A stretch of 64,000 bases of DNA, from assembly GCF_056746865.1 (NCBI RefSeq), contig NZ_CM163382.1; one strand, given 5' to 3'. How positions within the stretch are numbered: the first letter of the stretch is position 1; every line of letters starts with the position of its first letter. Below are positions 28,188 through 43,991 of the stretch, in pieces. The notes under the pieces were generated by a model, which was not told where the DNA came from, made no database searches, and worked only from the letters and a program-made list of their open reading frames with translations. The position numbers and the translations under genes were made by a program.

Positions 28188-29162
28188 TTAACGCAGAATC
28201 TTCTTCTCAGCCAAATCCAGCGCAAAGTAGCTGAAAATCAGATCCGCACCCGCACGCTTAATCGAACCTAAGCTTTCGAGCACGACTTTCTCTTCATCTA
28301 TAGCACCCGCCAGCGCGGCGAACTTAATCATCGCATACTCACCGCTCACCTGATACGCGCCAATCGGCAATTCAGTACGTCCACGCAGCTCACGCACGAT
28401 GTCGAGGTACGCTCCAGCTGGTTTCACCATCAGGCAGTCTGCGCCCTGGGCTTCATCCAGCAATGATTCACGAATCGCCTCACGACGGTTCATTGGGTTC
28501 ATCTGATAGCTTTTGCGGTCGCCTTTTAATGCGCTTCCTGCCGCTTCGCGGAACGGGCCATAAAAGGAAGAGGCAAACTTGGTCGAATACGACATAATCG
28601 CCGTATCTTTAAAGCCCGCAGCGTCCAGCGCCTGGCGAATCGCCTGTACCTGACCATCCATCGCGGCGGAAGGGGCGATGAAGTCCGCACCTGCAGCAGC
28701 TGCAACCACGGCTTGCTTGCCTAAATTTTCCAGAGTCGCGTCGTTGTCGACGCCATGCTCGCACAGCACACCGCAGTGACCGTGAGAAGTGTATTCACAA
28801 AAGCAGGTGTCTGACATCACGATCATTTCAGGCACGGTCTGCTTGCAGATGCGCGACATCCGCGCCACCAGTCCATCTTCCCGCCAGGCATCGCTGCCGG
28901 TTTCATCGGTATGGTGAGAGATGCCGAAAGTCATCACGGAACGAATACCGGCGTTGGCGATGCGTTCAATTTCGCGTGCCAGATGTTTCTCAGGAATGCG
29001 CATCACGCCTGGCATGGCTTCAACGGCTTTGTAGTCGTCAATTTCTTCTTCAACAAAGATCGGCAACACCAGGTCGTTAAGGCTAAGTGTTGTCTCTTCA
29101 AACATAGCGCGCAGCGCAGGAGATTTGCGCAGGCGACGAGGGCGTTGGATTAAGTCTGTCAT
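28188..29162 (-). CDS. hemB: porphobilinogen synthase (delta-aminolevulinate dehydratase)
   Basis: protein from [28 protein letters not shown] (324 aa) inside a longer track ORF. Confidence 0.92.
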   Translation of the reverse strand: MTDLIQRPRRLRKSPALRAMFEETTLSLNDLVLPIFVEEEIDDYKAVEAMPGVMRIPEKHLAREIERIANAGIRSVMTFGISHHTDETGSDAWREDGLVARMSRICKQTVPEMIVMSDTCFCEYTSHGHCGVLCEHGVDNDATLENLGKQAVVAAAAGADFIAPSAAMDGQVQAIRQALDAAGFKDTAIMSYSTKFASSFYGPFREAAGSALKGDRKSYQMNPMNRREAIRESLLDEAQGADCLMVKPAGAYLDIVRELRGRTELPIGAYQVSGEYAMIKFAALAGAIDEEKVVLESLGSIKRAGADLIFSYFALDLAEKKILR

Positions 29163-29687
29163 GGTCTGCCTGATGTTTGTGGAATCGAGGGGCATAGTAT
29201 ACCTGAAGCAGGGTGGGGATGTTTTACGAAAGTTGTCGCGATGTTGACAAGAAGAGAATGAAAGAGAGTCCATGACATCTTTGTAATAGAAACAGCAATA
29301 ATTTCATATTCACTGAAAATATTTTTAATTTTTATTTATATCCCTGGATTATTGTTTTTACGGATTTGATTGCGTTATCAAAAACAGAATGATTTAAAGT
29401 TCATTGGTTATTGATAGATTATTTGTCTGGTTTGTGTGTTTGATATTTTAAATGCATATGCTTTAAAAATGGAACTCCTGTTAACTTGTTGAAACATCAA
29501 GCCTTTATCAATTTTTTCTTTGTGTGTTCCTCCGTGCTTTATATATGTCCGTAACCGGACTTCGGGGAAAGAATAATTGAACCATTCCTCTATAACGCCG
29601 CATAATCGTCAACGCGAAACATAAGATGTTTTCTATGCATTGATAATTGATGGATCAACTTATTACGTCCCTGAGGAGGGATGACAA

Positions 29688-32606
<2,919 letters not shown>

Positions 32607-32620
32607 TGAAGAAATAGGTT

Positions 32621-33303
<683 letters not shown>

Positions 33304-34458
33304 TCAGGATGCGGGGATGACCAACGGTTTATTCCCGCTCAGTTCGGTCACCAGGTCATTGATGCCATCGCTCATATTTTTAAAGCGCGTCAATGGCGAA
33401 CGAGTGACCACCACAAATGCGCCAATGTTCTTCTGCGGGATCATCGCCATATAGGTAATGAAACCGCCACCACCTGTCTTCTGAATAATCCCTGGACGAC
33501 CCTCTTTCGGGGCCATATATACCCAGCCTAAACCAAGCGCGTCCGCTTTGCCGGGGACATCCATGCCAATCACTTTCGTAAACTGCGCGCGCTGATAAAT
33601 CAACGTCTGCATGCGATCTGCCTGGTTACTGCGCTGATAAAAATCAGATGACAAATACTGCTGCATCCAGCGCATCATATCGCCAGGCGTGGAATAGACT
33701 CCGCCGCTGCCAATTGCCGCCAGCGTGTTATTGCACGGACTGGCACCACGCTCAGCAACCATTAAACGGCGGCACTGGTCCGGCGAGGGGGTGTAGGTGG
33801 TGTCTTTCATCCCCAATGGGCGGGTAATCTGCTCTTCAAACAACTGGGTATAAGGCTTGCCGGACGCATTCGCCAGTGCATCTGCCAGCAGGTCGAACGC
33901 AAGGTTGGAGTACGCGGCCTGGCTGCCCGGCGCGGCTTTTAGTTTGGCAGTGGAAAGGTATTTCCAGCGTTGCTCGCGCGTTGGCCAGACAAATACCGGA
34001 CGATGTGCCGCGCCACCGGGCTGTTCACGGGGCAGGGCGCTGGTATGGGTTGCCAGATTCACTAGCGTAATGGGCGTCCCATTGTAGGTCGGTACGCGTG
34101 CGCCTGGCGGAGCATATTTACTTAGCGGATCGTTTAACTTCACGGTCCCCTGATCGAGCAATTTCACCAGCATCTCACTGGTCATTAACTTGGTGAGGGA
34201 AGCAATACGTATGACCGAATCCAGCTGCGGGCGAACGTTATTACCAGGTCGCGTTTCGCCATAACTACGAAAGACGCGCTGGTTACCGTCGATAACTACC
34301 AGCGCCATCCCCGTGGCACCGCTGCCGTAAAAAATATAATCGGCATAACGATCGACAATATCAGAGGCAAACTCCGGTTCAGTGATCGGCTGCGCCGCAT
34401 GGACGGAGGTCAATGACGCCGCACACAGCACGGCAGAAAAAAGCAGACTACGTTTCAA
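33304..34458 (-). CDS. ampH: penicillin-binding protein AmpH (class C beta-lactamase fold)
   Basis: signal peptide MKRSLLFSAVLCAASLTSVHA; SLTK active-site motif. Confidence 0.9.
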   Translation of the reverse strand: MKRSLLFSAVLCAASLTSVHAAQPITEPEFASDIVDRYADYIFYGSGATGMALVVIDGNQRVFRSYGETRPGNNVRPQLDSVIRIASLTKLMTSEMLVKLLDQGTVKLNDPLSKYAPPGARVPTYNGTPITLVNLATHTSALPREQPGGAAHRPVFVWPTREQRWKYLSTAKLKAAPGSQAAYSNLAFDLLADALANASGKPYTQLFEEQITRPLGMKDTTYTPSPDQCRRLMVAERGASPCNNTLAAIGSGGVYSTPGDMMRWMQQYLSSDFYQRSNQADRMQTLIYQRAQFTKVIGMDVPGKADALGLGWVYMAPKEGRPGIIQKTGGGGFITYMAMIPQKNIGAFVVVTRSPLTRFKNMSDGINDLVTELSGNKPLVIPAS

Positions 34459-34809
34459 CGGTGGTGTCCATAGATTGAATGAAGGTAACTGAGCGTATTT
34501 ATACTACTCATTGATGGATTGCAAAGGGCGAATTAGTGCAATAATAGTGTTAAAAACGTAACGGCGCGTAAACACGATCTTTTTCCTGCTCACCAATGCC
34601 TGCATTTGTGATCCTGCGCGTGTTAATCCGCTTATGTAAACAATCTTTGGTTTGTGAAATCCGTCGAAACAATTCTTATGCTCAGGCTGGCGAACTAAGC
34701 GCCTTGCTATGGGTCACAATGGGCGGTTTCATTTGGCTGACTCTTTGTAGCGGTCATGCGGTTAATACACAGCAGTTGTTAAAACGATAAGAAGTTAGCA
34801 GGAGTGCAT

Positions 34810-36030
34810 ATGTTTAAGTCTTTTTTCCCAAAGCCGGGAACGTTTTTTCTCTCGGCCTTTGTTTGGGCATTGATTGCCGTTATCTTCTGGCAAGCAGGTG
34901 GGGGTGACTGGGTGGCGCGTATCACCGGAGCTTCCGGGCAAATCCCGATTAGCGCCGCGCGTTTCTGGTCGTTGGATTTTCTGATTTTTTACGCTTACTA
35001 CATTGTTTGTGTAGGACTTTTTGCATTGTTCTGGTTTATCTACAGCCCGCATCGTTGGCAATACTGGTCAATACTCGGTACTGCACTGATCATCTTCGTC
35101 ACCTGGTTTTTGGTGGAAGTCGGGGTCGCCGTCAACGCCTGGTATGCGCCGTTCTATGATCTGATTCAAACCGCGCTAAGTTCGCCGCATAAAGTCACCA
35201 TCGAACAATTTTACCGCGAAGTGGGCGTCTTTCTGGGGATTGCGCTGATCGCGGTGGTGATCAGTGTGCTGAACAACTTCTTTGTCAGTCACTACGTGTT
35301 CCGCTGGCGTACAGCGATGAACGAATATTACATGGCGAACTGGCAACAACTGCGTCATATCGAAGGTGCCGCACAGCGTGTGCAGGAAGACACCATGCGT
35401 TTTGCTTCAACGCTGGAGAATATGGGCGTCAGCTTTATCAACGCTATCATGACGTTGATCGCCTTCCTGCCGGTGCTGGTAACGCTCTCCGCGCATGTGC
35501 CGGAGCTGCCGATTGTCGGGCACATTCCGTATGGCCTGGTGATTGCCGCTATCGTCTGGTCGCTGATGGGGACCGGATTGCTGGCAGTGGTAGGGATCAA
35601 ACTGCCGGGGCTGGAGTTTAAAAACCAGCGTGTAGAGGCTGCCTACCGTAAAGAGCTGGTTTATGGTGAAGACGATGCCACGCGCGCGACGCCGCCTACG
35701 GTACGCGAGCTGTTTAGCGCCGTACGGAAAAACTATTTCCGCCTCTATTTTCACTATATGTATTTCAACATCGCCCGCATTCTCTATTTGCAGGTCGATA
35801 ACGTTTTCGGTTTGTTCTTGCTGTTTCCGTCAATTGTTGCCGGTACGATTACGCTCGGCCTGATGACGCAGATTACCAACGTTTTTGGTCAGGTTCGCGG
35901 AGCTTTCCAGTACCTGATTAACTCATGGACCACACTGGTTGAGTTGATGTCTATCTACAAACGTCTGCGCAGCTTTGAACATGAGCTGGATGGTGACAAA
36001 ATTCAGGAAGTAACCCATACCTTGAGCTAA
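34810..36030 (+). CDS. sbmA: peptide antibiotic / antimicrobial peptide transporter SbmA
   Basis: [31 protein letters not shown] start, 406 aa inner membrane protein. Confidence 0.92.
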   Translation: MFKSFFPKPGTFFLSAFVWALIAVIFWQAGGGDWVARITGASGQIPISAARFWSLDFLIFYAYYIVCVGLFALFWFIYSPHRWQYWSILGTALIIFVTWFLVEVGVAVNAWYAPFYDLIQTALSSPHKVTIEQFYREVGVFLGIALIAVVISVLNNFFVSHYVFRWRTAMNEYYMANWQQLRHIEGAAQRVQEDTMRFASTLENMGVSFINAIMTLIAFLPVLVTLSAHVPELPIVGHIPYGLVIAAIVWSLMGTGLLAVVGIKLPGLEFKNQRVEAAYRKELVYGEDDATRATPPTVRELFSAVRKNYFRLYFHYMYFNIARILYLQVDNVFGLFLLFPSIVAGTITLGLMTQITNVFGQVRGAFQYLINSWTTLVELMSIYKRLRSFEHELDGDKIQEVTHTLS

Positions 36031-36042
36031 AAAGGAGAAGTA

Positions 36043-37137
36043 ATGTCGCGCGTCAATCATCTATCTTCGCTGTCATTGTTGGCGGTTCTGGTTTTAGCGG
36101 GGTGTAGTAGTCAGGCTCCGCAACCGTTGAAAAAGGGCGAAAAAGCGATAGATGTGGCGAGCGTCGTGCGGCAGAAGATGCCTGCGAGCGTGAAAGACCG
36201 CGATGCCTGGGCGAAAGATCTCGCCACCACGTTTGAAAGTCAGGGGCTGGCACCGACGCTGGAAAACGTCTGCTCGGTGCTGGCGGTGGCGCAGCAGGAG
36301 TCAAATTATCAGGCAGATCCGGCCGTTCCGGGCTTAAGCAAGATCGCCTGGCAAGAGATTGACCGTCGTGCTGAACGGATGCACATTCCTGCTTTTCTGG
36401 TGCATACCGCGCTAAAAATCAAATCGCCAAACGGCAAAAGCTATAGCGAGCGGTTAGATTCGGTGCGTACAGAAAAGCAATTGAGCGCGATTTTTGACGA
36501 TCTGATCAGCATGGTGCCAATGGGGCAGACGTTGTTTGGTTCGCTTAATCCGGTGCGCACCGGTGGGCCGATGCAGGTCAGCATTGCTTTTGCCGAACAG
36601 CATACCAAAGGGTATCCGTGGAAAATGGACGGTACAGTCCGTCAGGAAGTCTTCAGTCGTCGCGGCGGGTTGTGGTTTGGTACTTACCATTTACTGAATT
36701 ATCCCGCCAGCTATAGCGCGCCGATATACCGTTTTGCTGATTTTAACGCTGGCTGGTACGCCAGCCGTAATGCCGCGTTTCAGAACGCGGTCAGTAAGGC
36801 CAGCGGCGTGAAGCTGGCACTGGACGGTGATTTAATTCGTTACGACAGTAAAGAGCCCGGGAAAACCGAACTGGCAACGCGCAAACTGGCGGGAAAACTG
36901 GGGATGAGCGACAGTGAAATTCGCCGCCAGTTAGAGAAAGGCGACAGCTTCTCTTTTGAGGAGACGGCGCTGTACAAGAAAGTTTATCAACTTGCCGAAG
37001 CGAAAACGGGGAAATCACTACCCCGCGAAATGTTGCCTGGCATTCAACTGGAAAGCCCGAAAATCACCCGCAACCTGACTACGGCCTGGTTTGCGAAGCG
37101 CGTAGACGAACGGCGGGCGCGTTGTATGAAACAGTGA
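36043..37137 (+). CDS. yaiW: lipoprotein YaiW
   Basis: 364 aa; lipobox LAGCSS; co-oriented directly after sbmA. Confidence 0.85.
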   Translation: MSRVNHLSSLSLLAVLVLAGCSSQAPQPLKKGEKAIDVASVVRQKMPASVKDRDAWAKDLATTFESQGLAPTLENVCSVLAVAQQESNYQADPAVPGLSKIAWQEIDRRAERMHIPAFLVHTALKIKSPNGKSYSERLDSVRTEKQLSAIFDDLISMVPMGQTLFGSLNPVRTGGPMQVSIAFAEQHTKGYPWKMDGTVRQEVFSRRGGLWFGTYHLLNYPASYSAPIYRFADFNAGWYASRNAAFQNAVSKASGVKLALDGDLIRYDSKEPGKTELATRKLAGKLGMSDSEIRRQLEKGDSFSFEETALYKKVYQLAEAKTGKSLPREMLPGIQLESPKITRNLTTAWFAKRVDERRARCMKQ

Positions 37138-37194
37138 TCAAACAGGAATGTCATGCCAGATAAGGCGTTTTAGGCCCTATCTGGCAAGTAAATC

Positions 37195-37503
37195 TTACTG
37201 GCGACGATGTCGCCAGTGCAGCCATAGCGCCACTACTGCAAAAATGAGGCAGCCTACTAAAAACGGGATCAGCCCGAAAATGGTGCCGACACCTAAACCA
37301 ATTTCCACCCGTGGGCGACCTGTTTCCTGGACCTGCATTAAACGCTCATAGACGCCGGGCGCATGCACTAACAGGTTCAGCAATTGCGCCCCAGCCCAAA
37401 AGCAAAACAGCACAAACAACGCATAGGCAATATTGCCAGGCGTTGAAGAGGCATTGCGATATTTTCCGCTAAACAGCGATTTTGACAGGGTGAAATCAGC
37501 CAT
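37195..37503 (-). CDS. yaiY: inner membrane protein YaiY
   Basis: 102 aa, two hydrophobic helices. Confidence 0.75.
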
Positions 37504-37762
37504 AAAAACCTCCGGAAGTCATCTGCTTCTCTTCTGGTGTGATACCAGCGGCTTATGGCAAGTCTGACAGGACATTTAGATTGTCAATATCAGAATCATG
37601 GTAAATTGATGTTGGGAATATTCCCGAAGCGTGAATCTTCGTCGTGAGTCACAAAATGATAACCTTAAGTTAAATTTATTAACAATTACGGAAGTGTTGT
37701 CTACGCCACAGACGGTTGTTGCAGAATATGCAAGGATGTTGTTTTTCGTTAACGGAGCTGCC

Positions 37763-37975
37763 ATGAACTTGCCTGTAAAAATCCGCCGTGACTGGCACTA
37801 CTATGCGTTCGCCATTGGCCTTATATTCATTCTTAATGGCGTGGTGGGTTTACTGGGATTTGAAGCAAAAGGTTGGCAGACCTATGCCGTCGGTCTGGTG
37901 ACGTGGGTGATTAGTTTCTGGCTGGCGGGGCTGATTATTCGTCGTCGCGATGAAGAAACTGAAAACGCCCAATAA
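37763..37975 (+). CDS. yaiZ: small membrane protein YaiZ
   Basis: MNLPVKIRRDWHYYAFAIGLIFILNG..., 70 aa, inside a longer track ORF. Confidence 0.7.
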   Translation: MNLPVKIRRDWHYYAFAIGLIFILNGVVGLLGFEAKGWQTYAVGLVTWVISFWLAGLIIRRRDEETENAQ

Positions 37976-38021
37976 CAGAGGATTGGGCGTTCTGGGAGCT
38001 GACAAAGTGCTCGTTGTTTTT

Positions 38022-38121
38022 GCCGGATGCGGCGCGAACGCCTTACCCTGCCTACAAAATCATGCAAAATCAGTATATTGCAATTATCTGGTAGGCCTGA
38101 TAAGCAAAGCGCATCAGGCAA
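38022..38121. repeat. REP elements between yaiZ and ddlA
   Basis: gccggatgcggcgcgaacgccttaccctgcctac and ggtaggcctgataagcaaagcgcatcaggca. Confidence 0.6.
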
Positions 38122-38177
38122 TCTTACTTTTTCCATCAGTCTTAAATGCCCAATAAAAGTTATCAGGCATTTAAAAA

Positions 38178-39272
38178 TTACATTGTGGTTTTCAATGCGT
38201 TATCCGCAGCGTGACGCTCCAGCGCCAGTTCAATCAAACGGGTGATCAGGTCGGTGTAACCCAGACCGCTGGCTTGCCACAGCTTCGGATACATACTGAT
38301 GTTGGTGAAGCCAGGCAGTGTGTTGATCTCGTTGATCACCACTTCGTTCTCTGGGGTTAAAAACACGTCTACACGCGCCATGCCTGCGCATCCCAACGTC
38401 TGATAAGCCTGAACGGCAATCGCCCGGATCTTATCGTTGATTTCTGGCGCAATGGCTGCCGGAACTACCACTTTCGCGCCATCTTCATCAATGTACTTGG
38501 TGTCGTAGGCATAGAAATCGCTGGTGAGTACGATCTCGCCACAGGTGCTGGCTTGCGGATTGTCGTTGCCCAGAACTGCGCATTCGATCTCACGACCTTT
38601 GATCCCTTGCTCAACGATCACTTTATGGTCGAACTCGAACGCCAGATCGACGGCAATTGCGTACTGTTCTTCACTGGTTACTTTGCTGACACCAACAGAA
38701 GAGCCCTGATTAGCCGGTTTTACAAACAGCGGTAACCCCAGTTTAGACTCCACTTCGGCAAAACTGATGTTGTGACGATTAGCGCGCGTCAGGGTAATAA
38801 ATGGCGCAATGTTCAGCCCGGCATCGCGCAGCAGACGTTTGGTGACATCTTTATCCATACAGGCCGCTGAAGCCAGAACATCAGAACCTACAAACGGTAA
38901 ATTGGCGACCCGCAGCATTCCCTGCAAAGAACCATCTTCGCCCAGCGTACCGTGGACAATCGGGAAAATGACATCCACCGTCGGCAACGGCTGACCGTTT
39001 TGCGTGTCGATAAGCTGATGTTCATGTTTACCAGGCACCTGCGCAAGACTGGTCGCCGAAGGGCGCAATGCAATATGGGCAGGATCGTCTGCATTTAGCA
39101 GATAATTGCTGGCATCGCTGACGTGCCATTGCCCTTGTTTATCAATGCCCAGCAGCACAACGTCGAAGCGACTTTTATCAATGGCATCGACAATGTTTTT
39201 TGCCGATTGCAGAGACACTTCATGTTCCGCTGATTTACCACCAAAAACGATTCCTACCCGCAGTTTTTCCAT
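38178..39272 (-). CDS. ddlA: D-alanine--D-alanine ligase A
   Basis: 364 aa, [30 protein letters not shown]-grasp ligase. Confidence 0.93.
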   Translation of the reverse strand: MEKLRVGIVFGGKSAEHEVSLQSAKNIVDAIDKSRFDVVLLGIDKQGQWHVSDASNYLLNADDPAHIALRPSATSLAQVPGKHEHQLIDTQNGQPLPTVDVIFPIVHGTLGEDGSLQGMLRVANLPFVGSDVLASAACMDKDVTKRLLRDAGLNIAPFITLTRANRHNISFAEVESKLGLPLFVKPANQGSSVGVSKVTSEEQYAIAVDLAFEFDHKVIVEQGIKGREIECAVLGNDNPQASTCGEIVLTSDFYAYDTKYIDEDGAKVVVPAAIAPEINDKIRAIAVQAYQTLGCAGMARVDVFLTPENEVVINEINTLPGFTNISMYPKLWQASGLGYTDLITRLIELALERHAADNALKTTM

Positions 39273-39733
39273 CTTAAAAACCTATCCCGTCTAACACAAA
39301 GTGCATACATTACCACGACAAAACGGGGGATTCGCGGCCTTCTGACAGAATGTTGCAATCTTCTGCTGACAAAGCGTGCAACGTACTGGTGAAGAAAGTG
39401 CGTTATCTCAATGATGTGCGCAAGATCACAAAAATGATGAACGGGAAGCTAATTTATTCCTGGCTTGTATGGCCATGCAGTGAGTTTTTTCTCTTAATTA
39501 TAAGTTAACGAAGAGAATATATTTCATAACTTTTATTTATAATAAAGGTTGATAATTAAAAGCCTATATTTTGTGTGGGTAATTATTAAAATAAGAGAAA
39601 CGTTTCGCTGGTAATCAAACAAAAAATATTTGCGCAAAGTATTTCCTTTGTCATAAAAATAATACTTCCAGACACTATGAAGTTGTGAAACATAATGTTA
39701 ACTTCTCCATACTTTGGATAAGGAAATACAGAC

Positions 39734-39994
39734 ATGAAAAATCTCATTGCTGAGTTGTTATTTAAGCTTGCCCAAAAAGAAGAAGAGTCGAAAGAACTGT
39801 GCGCGCAGGTAGAAGCTTTGGAGATTATCGTCACTGCAATGCTTCGCAATATGGCGCAAAATGACCAACAAAGGTTGATTGATCAGGTAGAGGGGGCGCT
39901 GTACGAGGTAAAGCCCGATGCCAGCATTCCTGACGACGATACGGAGCTGCTGCGCAATTATGTAAAGAAGTTATTGAAGCATCCTCGTCAGTAA
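39734..39994 (+). CDS. iraP: anti-adaptor protein IraP (RpoS stabiliser)
   Basis: 86 aa, [33 protein letters not shown] coiled-coil. Confidence 0.88.
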   Translation: MKNLIAELLFKLAQKEEESKELCAQVEALEIIVTAMLRNMAQNDQQRLIDQVEGALYEVKPDASIPDDDTELLRNYVKKLLKHPRQ

Positions 39995-40014
39995 AAAGTT
40001 AATCTTTTCAACAG

Positions 40015-40032
40015 CTGTCATAAAGCTGTCAC
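40015..40032 (+). promoter_or_regulatory. pho box upstream of phoA
   Basis: ctgtcataaagctgtcac matches the PhoB box direct repeat. Confidence 0.8.
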
Positions 40033-40093
40033 GGCCGAGACTTATAGTCGCTTTGTTTTTATTTTTAATGTATTTGTACATGGAGAAAATAAA

Positions 40094-41509
40094 GTGAAAC
40101 AAAGCACTATTGCACTGGCACTCTTACCGTTACTGTTTTCCCCTGTGACAAAAGCCCGGACACCAGAAATGCCTGTTCTGGAAAACCGGGCTGCTCAGGG
40201 CGATATTACTGCACCCGGCGGTGCTCGCCGCTTAACGGGTGATCAGACCGCTGCTCTGCGTGATTCTCTTAGCGATAAACCTGCAAAAAATATTATTTTG
40301 CTGATTGGCGATGGGATGGGGGACTCGGAAATTACTGCTGCACGCAATTATGCCGAAGGTGCGGGCGGCTTTTTTAAAGGTATCGATGCCTTACCGCTTA
40401 CCGGACAATACACACACTATGCGCTGAATAAAAAAACCGGCAAACCGGACTACGTTACCGACTCGGCTGCATCAGCAACCGCCTGGTCAACCGGTGTCAA
40501 AACCTATAACGGTGCGCTGGGCGTCGATATTCACGAAAAAGATCACCCAACGATTCTGGAAATGGCAAAAGCCGCAGGTCTGGCGACCGGTAACGTTTCT
40601 ACCGCAGAGTTGCAGGATGCCACGCCCGCCGCGCTGGTGGCGCATGTGACCTCGCGCAAATGCTACGGTCCGAGCGCGACCAGTGAAAAATGTCCGGGTA
40701 ACGCTCTGGAAAAAGGCGGGAAAGGATCGATTACCGAACAGCTGCTTAACGCTCGTGCCGATGTTACGCTTGGCGGCGGCGCAAAAACCTTTGCTGAAAC
40801 GGCAACCGTCGGCGAATGGCAGGGAAAAACGCTGCGTGAACAGGCACAGGCGCGTGGTTATCAGTTGGTGAGTGATGCTGCCTCGCTAAATGCGGTGACG
40901 GAAGCGAACCAGCAAAAACCCCTGCTAGGACTGTTTGCTGACGGCAATATGCCAGTGCGCTGGCTAGGACCGAAAGCAACGTACCACGGCAATATCGACA
41001 AGCCCGCAGTTACCTGTACGCCTAATCCGCAACGTAATGACAGCGTACCGACCCTGGCGCAGATGACCGACAAAGCCATTGAATTGTTGAGTAAAAATGA
41101 GAAAGGTTTTTTCCTGCAAGTTGAAGGTGCATCAATCGATAAACAGGATCACGCTGCGAATCCTTGTGGGCAAATTGGCGAGACGGTCGATCTCGATGAA
41201 GCCGTACAACGTGCGCTGGAATTCGCTAAAAAGGATGGCAACACGCTGGTCATAGTCACCGCTGATCACGCCCACGCCAGCCAGATTGTTGCGCCGGACA
41301 CCAAAGCGCCGGGCCTCACCCAGGCGCTAAATACCAAAGATGGCGCAGTGATGGTGATGAGTTACGGGAACTCTGAAGAGGATTCACAAGAACATACCGG
41401 TAGTCAGCTGCGTATTGCTGCGTATGGCCCACATGCCGCCAATGTCGTTGGACTGACCGACCAGACCGATCTCTTCTACACCATGAAAGCCGCCCTGGGG
41501 CTGAAATAA
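40094..41509 (+). CDS. phoA: alkaline phosphatase
   Basis: GTG start, signal peptide [20 protein letters not shown], active-site DSAASATAW, 471 aa. Confidence 0.96.
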   Translation: MKQSTIALALLPLLFSPVTKARTPEMPVLENRAAQGDITAPGGARRLTGDQTAALRDSLSDKPAKNIILLIGDGMGDSEITAARNYAEGAGGFFKGIDALPLTGQYTHYALNKKTGKPDYVTDSAASATAWSTGVKTYNGALGVDIHEKDHPTILEMAKAAGLATGNVSTAELQDATPAALVAHVTSRKCYGPSATSEKCPGNALEKGGKGSITEQLLNARADVTLGGGAKTFAETATVGEWQGKTLREQAQARGYQLVSDAASLNAVTEANQQKPLLGLFADGNMPVRWLGPKATYHGNIDKPAVTCTPNPQRNDSVPTLAQMTDKAIELLSKNEKGFFLQVEGASIDKQDHAANPCGQIGETVDLDEAVQRALEFAKKDGNTLVIVTADHAHASQIVAPDTKAPGLTQALNTKDGAVMVMSYGNSEEDSQEHTGSQLRIAAYGPHAANVVGLTDQTDLFYTMKAALGLK

Positions 41510-41512
41510 AAC

Positions 41513-41549
41513 CGCGCCCGGCAGTGAATTTTCGCTGTCGGGTGGTTTT
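41513..41549 (+). terminator. intrinsic terminator after phoA
   Basis: cccggcag ... ctgtcggg hairpin followed by gtggttttttt. Confidence 0.6.
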
Positions 41550-41627
41550 TTTGCTGTTAGCAACCAGACTTAATGGCAGATCACGGGCGCATATGCTCAT
41601 GGTTAAAACATGAAGAGGGATGGTGCT

Positions 41628-41948
41628 ATGAAAATAACATTACTGGTTACCTTGCTTTTCGGTCTGGTTTTTTTAACCACCGTCGGCGCTGCCGAGAGAA
41701 CCTTAACCCCGCAACAACAGCGTATGACCTCCTGTAATCAGCAGGCGACGGCGCAGGCGTTGAAAGGGGATGCTCGTAAGACCTACATGAGTGATTGCCT
41801 GAAGAACAGCAAGTCTGCGCCTGGTGAAAAAAGTTTGACGCCACAGCAGCAAAAGATGCGCGAATGTAATAATCAAGCAACGCAACAATCTCTGAAAGGT
41901 GATGATCGTAATAAGTTTATGAGCGCCTGCCTCAAGAAAGCCGCCTGA
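41628..41948 (+). CDS. psiF: phosphate starvation-inducible protein PsiF
   Basis: MKITLLVTLLFGLVFLTTVGA signal peptide, 106 aa with internal duplicated motif (TPQQQ...CN.QAT.Q.LKGD). Confidence 0.88.
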   Translation: MKITLLVTLLFGLVFLTTVGAAERTLTPQQQRMTSCNQQATAQALKGDARKTYMSDCLKNSKSAPGEKSLTPQQQKMRECNNQATQQSLKGDDRNKFMSACLKKAA

Positions 41949-42049
41949 TACCTGATAGTGCTAACGGGTGAGCTACGAAAATGGCTCACCCGAAATTTCA
42001 TACTTCTGCCTTTAGCCCCGTCTCTATAATTTGGGAAAATTGTTTCTGA

Positions 42050-43165
42050 ATGTTCCCAAAAATAATGAATGATGAAAACTTTTTCAAAAAAGCGGCGGCG
42101 CATGGGGAGGAACCTCCTTTAACTCCTCAAAACGAACATCAGCGGTCCGGGCTGCGCTTCGCCCGTCGCGTCAGACTACCCCGCGCGGTTGGCCTGGCTG
42201 GTATGTTCTTACCGATTGCTTCAACGCTGGTTTCGCACCCGCCGCCGGGCTGGTGGTGGCTGGTGTTGGTCGGCTGGGCGTTCGTCTGGCCGCATTTAGC
42301 CTGGCAGATAGCGAGCAGGGCCGTCGATCCGCTTAGCCGGGAAATTTACAACTTAAAAACCGATGCAGTATTAGCGGGAATGTGGGTAGGCGTAATGGGC
42401 GTAAACGTGCTGCCTTCCACCGCGATGTTGATGATTATGTGTCTGAATTTGATGGGGGCAGGCGGCCCCCGTCTGTTTGTCGCGGGTCTGGTGTTGATGG
42501 TGGTTTCCTGTCTTGTCACCCTTGAACTGACGGGCATCACCGTGTCGTTCAATAGTGCGCCGCTGGAATGGTGGCTCTCCCTTCCCATTATCGTCATTTA
42601 TCCTCTGCTGTTTGGCTGGGTCAGCTACCAGACGGCGACTAAACTGGCGGAACATAAACGCAGGTTGCAGGTCATGAGTACCCGCGACGGTATGACGGGC
42701 GTGTATAACCGACGTCATTGGGAAACTATGTTACGCAATGAATTTGATAACTGTCGGCGGCATAACCGCGATGCGACATTACTGATTATCGATATCGACC
42801 ATTTCAAGAGCATCAACGATACCTGGGGCCATGATGTGGGCGATGAAGCGATTGTGGCGCTTACCCGACAATTACAAATAACCCTGCGCGGTAGCGATGT
42901 GATTGGTCGGTTTGGCGGCGATGAGTTTGCGGTAATCATGTCCGGTACGCCAGCTGAGAGCGCCATTACCGCCATGTTACGAGTGCATGAAGGGCTAAAT
43001 ACATTACGTCTGCCGAATACGCCACAGGTAACTTTACGGATTAGTGTGGGGGTTGCGCCGCTGAACCCACAAATGAGTCACTATCGTGAGTGGTTGAAAT
43101 CGGCAGATTTGGCGCTTTACAAAGCAAAGAAAGCCGGACGTAACCGCACCGAAGTGGCGGCCTGA
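42050..43165 (+). CDS. dgcC: diguanylate cyclase (GGDEF) DgcC/AdrA
   Basis: 371 aa, N-terminal membrane domain, RFGGDEF active site. Confidence 0.9.
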   Translation: MFPKIMNDENFFKKAAAHGEEPPLTPQNEHQRSGLRFARRVRLPRAVGLAGMFLPIASTLVSHPPPGWWWLVLVGWAFVWPHLAWQIASRAVDPLSREIYNLKTDAVLAGMWVGVMGVNVLPSTAMLMIMCLNLMGAGGPRLFVAGLVLMVVSCLVTLELTGITVSFNSAPLEWWLSLPIIVIYPLLFGWVSYQTATKLAEHKRRLQVMSTRDGMTGVYNRRHWETMLRNEFDNCRRHNRDATLLIIDIDHFKSINDTWGHDVGDEAIVALTRQLQITLRGSDVIGRFGGDEFAVIMSGTPAESAITAMLRVHEGLNTLRLPNTPQVTLRISVGVAPLNPQMSHYREWLKSADLALYKAKKAGRNRTEVAA

Positions 43166-43181
43166 CGTCCGGCAAAAGTCA

Positions 43182-43991
43182 TCAGGATTTACTGAGTTTT
43201 TCTGATTTTTCCATACACTTCGTCATCGCTTCGATCACTGCGGCACGGAAGCCTTTCTCTTCCAGTACGCGTACCGCCTCAATGGTGGTGCCTCCCGGTG
43301 AGCAGACCATATCTTTCAGTGCCCCCGGATGTTCTCCCGTTTCCAGCACCATTTTTGCGGAACCCATTACCGCCTGAGCGGCAAATTTATACGCCTGGGC
43401 GCGTGGCATCCCGCCCAGCACGGCAGCGTCGGCCATCGCTTCGATAAACATAAAGACGTAGGCTGGCGAAGAACCGCTCACACCGACCACCGGGTGGATC
43501 ATCGGCTCGGCAATTACTTCCGCTTCGCCAAAGCAGCGGAAAATATTCAGCACATCAGCGGTATCTTCTGGGGTTACCAGCGCGTTTGGCGTTACGGAGG
43601 TCATCCCGGCATTAACCAGCGCGGGAGTGTTCGGCATGGCGCGGATAATTTTCCGGTCATGGCCCAGCGCGCGGGCAAGCTGGTCGAGTGTGATACCTGC
43701 AGCAATAGAAACGACCAGAGAGTCTTTATTCAGGCTGGAGGTGATTTCGCTAAGCACTTTAATCATGATGCCAGGTTTAACGGCGGCAAAAATGATGTCG
43801 GCGATTTGCGCCACTTCTTGCGCCGATTCTGCGGCGTTGATGCCGAACTGGTCATGCAGGGCGGCGACTTTATCCGGGGAGGGGGTATATACCCAGATTT
43901 GCCCTGGAAGCACCTGACCGCTGGCAATCAGACCGCCGAGAATGGCTTTTCCCATATTGCCGCAGCCAATAAAACCGATTTTCTTTTCCAT
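43182..43991 (-). CDS. proC: pyrroline-5-carboxylate reductase
   Basis: [21 protein letters not shown] start (269 aa) inside a longer track ORF. Confidence 0.93.
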   Translation of the reverse strand: MEKKIGFIGCGNMGKAILGGLIASGQVLPGQIWVYTPSPDKVAALHDQFGINAAESAQEVAQIADIIFAAVKPGIMIKVLSEITSSLNKDSLVVSIAAGITLDQLARALGHDRKIIRAMPNTPALVNAGMTSVTPNALVTPEDTADVLNIFRCFGEAEVIAEPMIHPVVGVSGSSPAYVFMFIEAMADAAVLGGMPRAQAYKFAAQAVMGSAKMVLETGEHPGALKDMVCSPGGTTIEAVRVLEEKGFRAAVIEAMTKCMEKSEKLSKS

